64,000 nucleotides of DNA from an uncultured Succinivibrionaceae bacterium (GTDB lineage: Bacteria > Pseudomonadota > Gammaproteobacteria > Enterobacterales > Succinivibrionaceae). Numbering within the stretch: position 1 is the first letter of the stretch; every line of letters begins with the position of its first letter. Shown in pieces: positions 59,420 through 64,000 of the stretch. The stretch covers positions 1 through 64,000 of the forward strand of contig CALXYT010000005.1 in NCBI GenBank assembly GCA_944393045.1, written 5' to 3'. The notes under the pieces are model-generated. The model had not been told where the DNA came from, did no database searches, and saw only the letters and a program-made list of their open reading frames with translations. The position numbers and the translations under genes were made by a program.

Positions 59420-61576
59420 ATGACTAAAAGAACGTTATCAATATTTCAGTTTCAATTGCTCTTTTCCATTGTAATGGTTGGGCTTCTTTTAGTTTGTTCA
59501 GTTTTTTTTACTCAAACATTAAATAAATACGAAATAAATAATAACCGTCATGCCTTTGCCCTTGAGGGTGAATATATTGCCGAAAATGTTTCTATTACCT
59601 TAAATAGCTTAGTGTATGCAATGCTTAGCTACGCTACAGCTGATAATTTAATTGGTGCGCAAGATGAAATTGCCAAGCAGCAATTTGAAACACTAATAAA
59701 TACTTATCCTATGATTTCTAGTGTCTATATCACAGGTTTTGATGGGATGGTACTACATCAGGTGCAAGGCGCCCCAAAGAAGTATTTTGAGATTAGTGCT
59801 TCTATTCAAAATGTACTTTATGCGGTGTTGGATGAATTTGATAGAGGTAATAACCGTGGTGCGATTGCCCTAATAAATGATCCTAATCTTGTAAGCTATG
59901 AAGATACTCATGCCTTTGTGGTATTACAGCCAATTTATCGCCGTAACACTTGTTACTTTAAAGAAATTTACCAAGGTTATAAAGTAACTCTTTATTGTGA
60001 AAATGCCGATGTATTAGGTTTTGTAGCGGCTGTTGTACCTTTTGAGATGGTAAAAAATTCCATAAAAATTCCATTATATTCCTCAGGTATTGACTGGAAA
60101 CATTTAGTAATAAGCCCAGTGCAAGAGGCGGGACCCGATACCATTATTGCCGCCCGCAGTGCCGAATTTGCTATACCAGGGGAAGAACCTTTCTTAGTTG
60201 AGCATAAAATATTGGTATCAAATCCGTTCTTTGATAAAGGTGCTACTTTTTATGTAACATTAAGCTCGAATAAGCATTTCTTAAAGAACTCAAAAGTCAA
60301 GATTCGTACTATGATAATGGTTTATTCTATTATCATGATAGGTATTGTGATTCTCTTTAGTATTGGGATGTATTTAACTGGTAATATCTTCAAAAAAATC
60401 CGTCTTATGATTGATAAGAATCAGGTAGATAAGAGTGAATATACTTTTACACCAGCCTTCTTAAAAGAAGTTAATGATATTGATAGAATGCTTCATCGTT
60501 TCTGGAGTCGTTCAAAGCAGCAACTTACTACTATTGAGGAGCAAAGTGAGCAATTAAAAGAATATCGTAAGCGCTTAGAGGAACGTAACAAAGACTTGAG
60601 TAACCAAGTTGATGCACAGCTTGTTGAGCTCAATAAAACTATGGCGATAAAGTCTGATATGTTAGCAAGTTACCGCGTGGTGGTTGATCTTAGTGAGGCG
60701 CTTTATGGGCAAATAAAGTCCCTGGATGAAATTTCATTAGAAATTCTCCGTGCTATTGATTCATTGCGTATTATCTATAAGTTCTGTTTTAGGATTAGTT
60801 TAGGTGGTGAATATCAGAAATTTTACCAAAGCCCTGGTATGACGCATCAGTTTGTAAAGGGCGATAAGATTGATTATTCACGCTATTACTATTATGAAGA
60901 CATTAATGATGCAGATAAGTTTATTGTCTTTCCAATAAAGAGCTTTGTAGGTGGTCATAGCTTCTTTGCAGTGGAATTATTGAATGATGCAACTTTAAGT
61001 TCTTCAAAGATTGATGGTTTAGCACTATTTTCTAAGGTGCTTGGTAACTGTCTTGATAATATTGCCATGAGTAAGCGTATGGAAATGCTTGCTAATCAAG
61101 ATCAGCTTACCATGCTTTATAACCGCAATGCTTACATTGAAGAGCGTAAGAGATTAGCTGATAGCAATGAAGAAATTGGTATTTTCTTAATTGATATCAA
61201 TGGTCTTAAGGAAATTAATGATACTTTTGGGCATGGCGCAGGTGATTGGCTCATTCGCGAATGTGCGTCAATTCTTAAAAAGGCTACAAAAGCTCATAAT
61301 ATGTCAATCTACCGTTTAGGTGGTGATGAATTTGGTATTTTATATTTAACACCAAAGAAAGGAGTAGTTGATAAGGTAATAGCGTGCTTTAATGAAGAAA
61401 TGGCAGCAGTGCGCGATTTTGGGCATGGTGATTATAAGCTTACCTTCTCTTATGGTTATAGTGAGGGAAGTTGCAAGAATATCGATGCTGTATTCTCAAA
61501 AGCTGATGCCTTACTTTATGACTATAAGAAGAATTTCTATCAAGGTAAGCGTGACCGCAGAGCGCATGATAGATAA
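59420..61576 (+). CDS. Membrane diguanylate cyclase: periplasmic Cache-like sensor, transmembrane helix, coiled coil, GGDEF
   Basis: Transmembrane helix at ~aa 10–30, a ~270-aa periplasmic domain, a second helix at ~aa 297–317. C-terminal GGDEF domain has an intact RLGGDEFGIL active site. No RxxD I-site upstream of GGDEF. Confidence 0.8.
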   Translation: MTKRTLSIFQFQLLFSIVMVGLLLVCSVFFTQTLNKYEINNNRHAFALEGEYIAENVSITLNSLVYAMLSYATADNLIGAQDEIAKQQFETLINTYPMISSVYITGFDGMVLHQVQGAPKKYFEISASIQNVLYAVLDEFDRGNNRGAIALINDPNLVSYEDTHAFVVLQPIYRRNTCYFKEIYQGYKVTLYCENADVLGFVAAVVPFEMVKNSIKIPLYSSGIDWKHLVISPVQEAGPDTIIAARSAEFAIPGEEPFLVEHKILVSNPFFDKGATFYVTLSSNKHFLKNSKVKIRTMIMVYSIIMIGIVILFSIGMYLTGNIFKKIRLMIDKNQVDKSEYTFTPAFLKEVNDIDRMLHRFWSRSKQQLTTIEEQSEQLKEYRKRLEERNKDLSNQVDAQLVELNKTMAIKSDMLASYRVVVDLSEALYGQIKSLDEISLEILRAIDSLRIIYKFCFRISLGGEYQKFYQSPGMTHQFVKGDKIDYSRYYYYEDINDADKFIVFPIKSFVGGHSFFAVELLNDATLSSSKIDGLALFSKVLGNCLDNIAMSKRMEMLANQDQLTMLYNRNAYIEERKRLADSNEEIGIFLIDINGLKEINDTFGHGAGDWLIRECASILKKATKAHNMSIYRLGGDEFGILYLTPKKGVVDKVIACFNEEMAAVRDFGHGDYKLTFSYGYSEGSCKNIDAVFSKADALLYDYKKNFYQGKRDRRAHDR

Positions 61577-62111
61577 TTTTGTTAAAAGCTTAAAGGAAAC
61601 TAAAAAGAAACTAAAAAACAGGACTTAAAAATCAACCCCAAAAAATTAAGCTTGAAAACTACAAATTACAATTATAGGCATAAGTAAACATTTCATGTTT
61701 CTTATGCTTTCTTTTTTCCGTAAAAGAGCTTTAAAAAGATCCATAAAAAGAGCTAAGAATTAACCAGTGTTTGGGAAATAGTTAGTTTAATTTATATTAT
61801 AACAAGCTTAAAATTCTACAATCGTAAAAAAACATTTTTCTTAAGTCTAAAAACACCCTAATAACTGCAATTTTATGGTAAAATACCATTTTATAAAGCA
61901 AAAGATTACATATGTTTTAATAGGTTTTAGGACTATGTAATTAAAAAAAATCTAAAAGGATATTTGGATATACTATATCCCTTTAAGTTTTTAGGATAAA
62001 AGATTCTTCTGTTTGCTTGAGTAAAGAATCAAGCCGGCAGCAGAGGATTTTTTATGCTTTTAGTTAAGAGTGCGCACCTTGGGGTGATGCAATAGTGGTA
62101 GTTTTTATTGA

Positions 62112-64000
62112 GAAGTGAAGATGAGTGATAACGATATAACTCAATCTAACATATCTGCTAATGTGAAGACGGTTAAGATCACAGATCAGCTTAAGACCTC
62201 GTTTATCAATTATGCTATGAGCGTAATTGTTGATCGTGCCTTACCTGATGTACGTGATGGTTTAAAGCCTGTACACCGCCGCTCACTATATGCGATGTAT
62301 GGATTAAAAAATTTCTATGGTACACCGACAAAAAAATCAGCTCGTATCGTAGGTGATGTAATCGGTAAATATCACCCACATGGTGATACAGCTGTGTATG
62401 ATACGTTAGTGCGTATGGCGCAGCCTTTCTCGATGCGTTACCCATTAGTAGATGGTCAAGGTAATTTTGGTAATATCGATGGCGATAAAGCAGCGGCTAT
62501 GCGTTATACCGAAATTCGTATGTCCAAAATCGCTAATGAAATGATTGGCGATTTGGAAAAAGAAACCGTTGATACCGTTCCAAATTACGATAATACTGAA
62601 GAAATACCAGTGGTTTTACCTAATAAGTTCCCTAACTTATTAGTAAATGGTTCTAGTGGTATTGCTGTTGGTATGGCTACCAATATTCCACCTCATAATT
62701 TAACTGAGGTAATCAACGCTACTTTAGCATTAATTAAAGACCCAAATATTACTGTTGATGGATTAATGCAACATCTTCCTGCACCAGATTTTCCGACAGG
62801 TGGTTTAATCTACGGTCTTGAAGGTGTAAGAGAGGCATATGCGACGGGTAATGGTCGTGTGATTATGCGTGCAAAGGTACATTTTGAGGGGGAAGAGGAT
62901 AATAAGCCTGCAATCGTTATCGATGAAATTCCTTACAATGTATCTAAGAAGCGTTTAGTAGAAAAAATCAGTGAGTGCATTCGTGATAAGAGTGTTGAAG
63001 GCATTACTGAAATTAATGACTACTCTGGTAAAGATCATGAGGTTAGAGTAGTTATTAAATTACGCCGTGGTGAGGTACCTGAGATTGTGCTTAATAAATT
63101 ATATAAGCATACTCAGATGCAATCTTCTTTTGCTATCAATATGTTAGCATTAGTTGATAACCAGCCTGAAATCTTAACCTTAAAGCTGATTTTAGAGCAC
63201 TTTGTAAAGCACCGCCGTGAAATTGTAACTAGAAGAACAGTATTTGATCTTAAGAAGTGCCGTGAAAGAGCCCATAAATTAGAGGGGTTTGCGGTTGCTC
63301 TTAAGAATATCGAAGAGATTATTCAGGTAATTAGAAGTAGTGCTAACCGTCCTGAGGCGAAGATTCGCTTGATGGAGCGTGGTTGGAATTACGGCATGCT
63401 TGATAAGCTTATTGAAAGAGCTGCTGATGGTCGTGAGTTATGTAAACCTGAAACTATCAGCGCGCAATTTGGTTGCCGTGATGGGTTATATTACTTATCA
63501 GAACCACAGGTTGAAGCAATCTTAGATATGCAATTGCACCGCTTAACAGGACTTGAATACGATAAGATTGTAGCGGAGTATGGCGATTTAGTTAAGAGTA
63601 TTAAGGAGTTCTTACACATTTTAACTTCCGAAGAACGTCTATTAGAGGTTATTTGTGAGGAATTAGTAGAGATTCGTGAAACTTATGGAGATAAGCGCCG
63701 TAGTGAAATTAAGGGCGTAAGTATTGCTATTACTAAGGCTGACTTAATTGAATCAGCTGAGGCAGTAATTACTCTTTCTAATGCAGGTTACATTAAGTAT
63801 CAGCCTGTAGAAGAATTTGAGGAGCAACATCGTGGTGGTAGAGGTCGTAAAGCCGCCAAGATGAAGGAAGAGGATTTAATCCATAGTTTCTATATTGCTA
63901 ATACTCACGATGATATTTTACTTATTACTTCTATTGGCCGAGTATTTAAACTTAAGACTTATGATCTACCGTTAGCCTCATTTAATACTAAGGGTATACC
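62112..64000 (+). CDS. gyrA: DNA gyrase subunit A (5' partial; continues beyond the window)
   Basis: MSDNDI…[24 protein letters not shown]… Active-site and QRDR region (…[17 protein letters not shown]…). Open frame runs to the window end. Confidence 0.95.

Noticed and set aside
62215-62445. 76-aa minus-strand ORF
   Set aside because: It lies inside the highly conserved 5' region of gyrA on the opposite strand.

Overview
This ~64 kb window is chromosomal DNA from an AT-rich gammaproteobacterium. Several gene blocks keep Escherichia/Vibrio-type order, and the proteins are about 70–80% identical by eye to the E. coli orthologues I recalled. Genes recognised, in order: sbcD-sbcC; a secreted hypothetical; a divergent mnmC (methyltransferase domain only) and fabB; rsuA; a DMT-like membrane protein; dgkA; yqiJ-yqiK (NfeD/flotillin); tadA; ppk1; an SseB-like protein; a lipoprotein with bamE; yhhL-like and rsmD divergent from ftsY-ftsE-ftsX-rpoH; grpE-dnaK-dnaJ with sigma-32-type promoters; greA convergent with yhbY; and rlmE-ftsH-folP-glmM-secG followed by two identical tRNA-Leu(GAG) genes. 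Synteny breaks directly after the tRNAs. The accessory-looking part that follows holds a tight six-gene cluster of signal-peptide and lipoprotein genes, with three LpoB/TolB-N-like fold domains and a terminal ycfL-lpoB pair. It ends at a truncated IS256-family transposase and is followed by nhaC. After that come rlmL-uup, a DUF3466-like protein with an apparent GlyGly-CTERM sorting tail, yciV-yciO, a U32 peptidase (trhP/yegQ), rdgC, a Cache-sensor GGDEF diguanylate cyclase and the 5' part of gyrA. I found no CRISPR array, rRNA, or recognisable phage or defence genes. The most unusual feature is the six-gene envelope cluster between the tRNA-Leu pair and the IS remnant. Its function is not recognisable from sequence alone.
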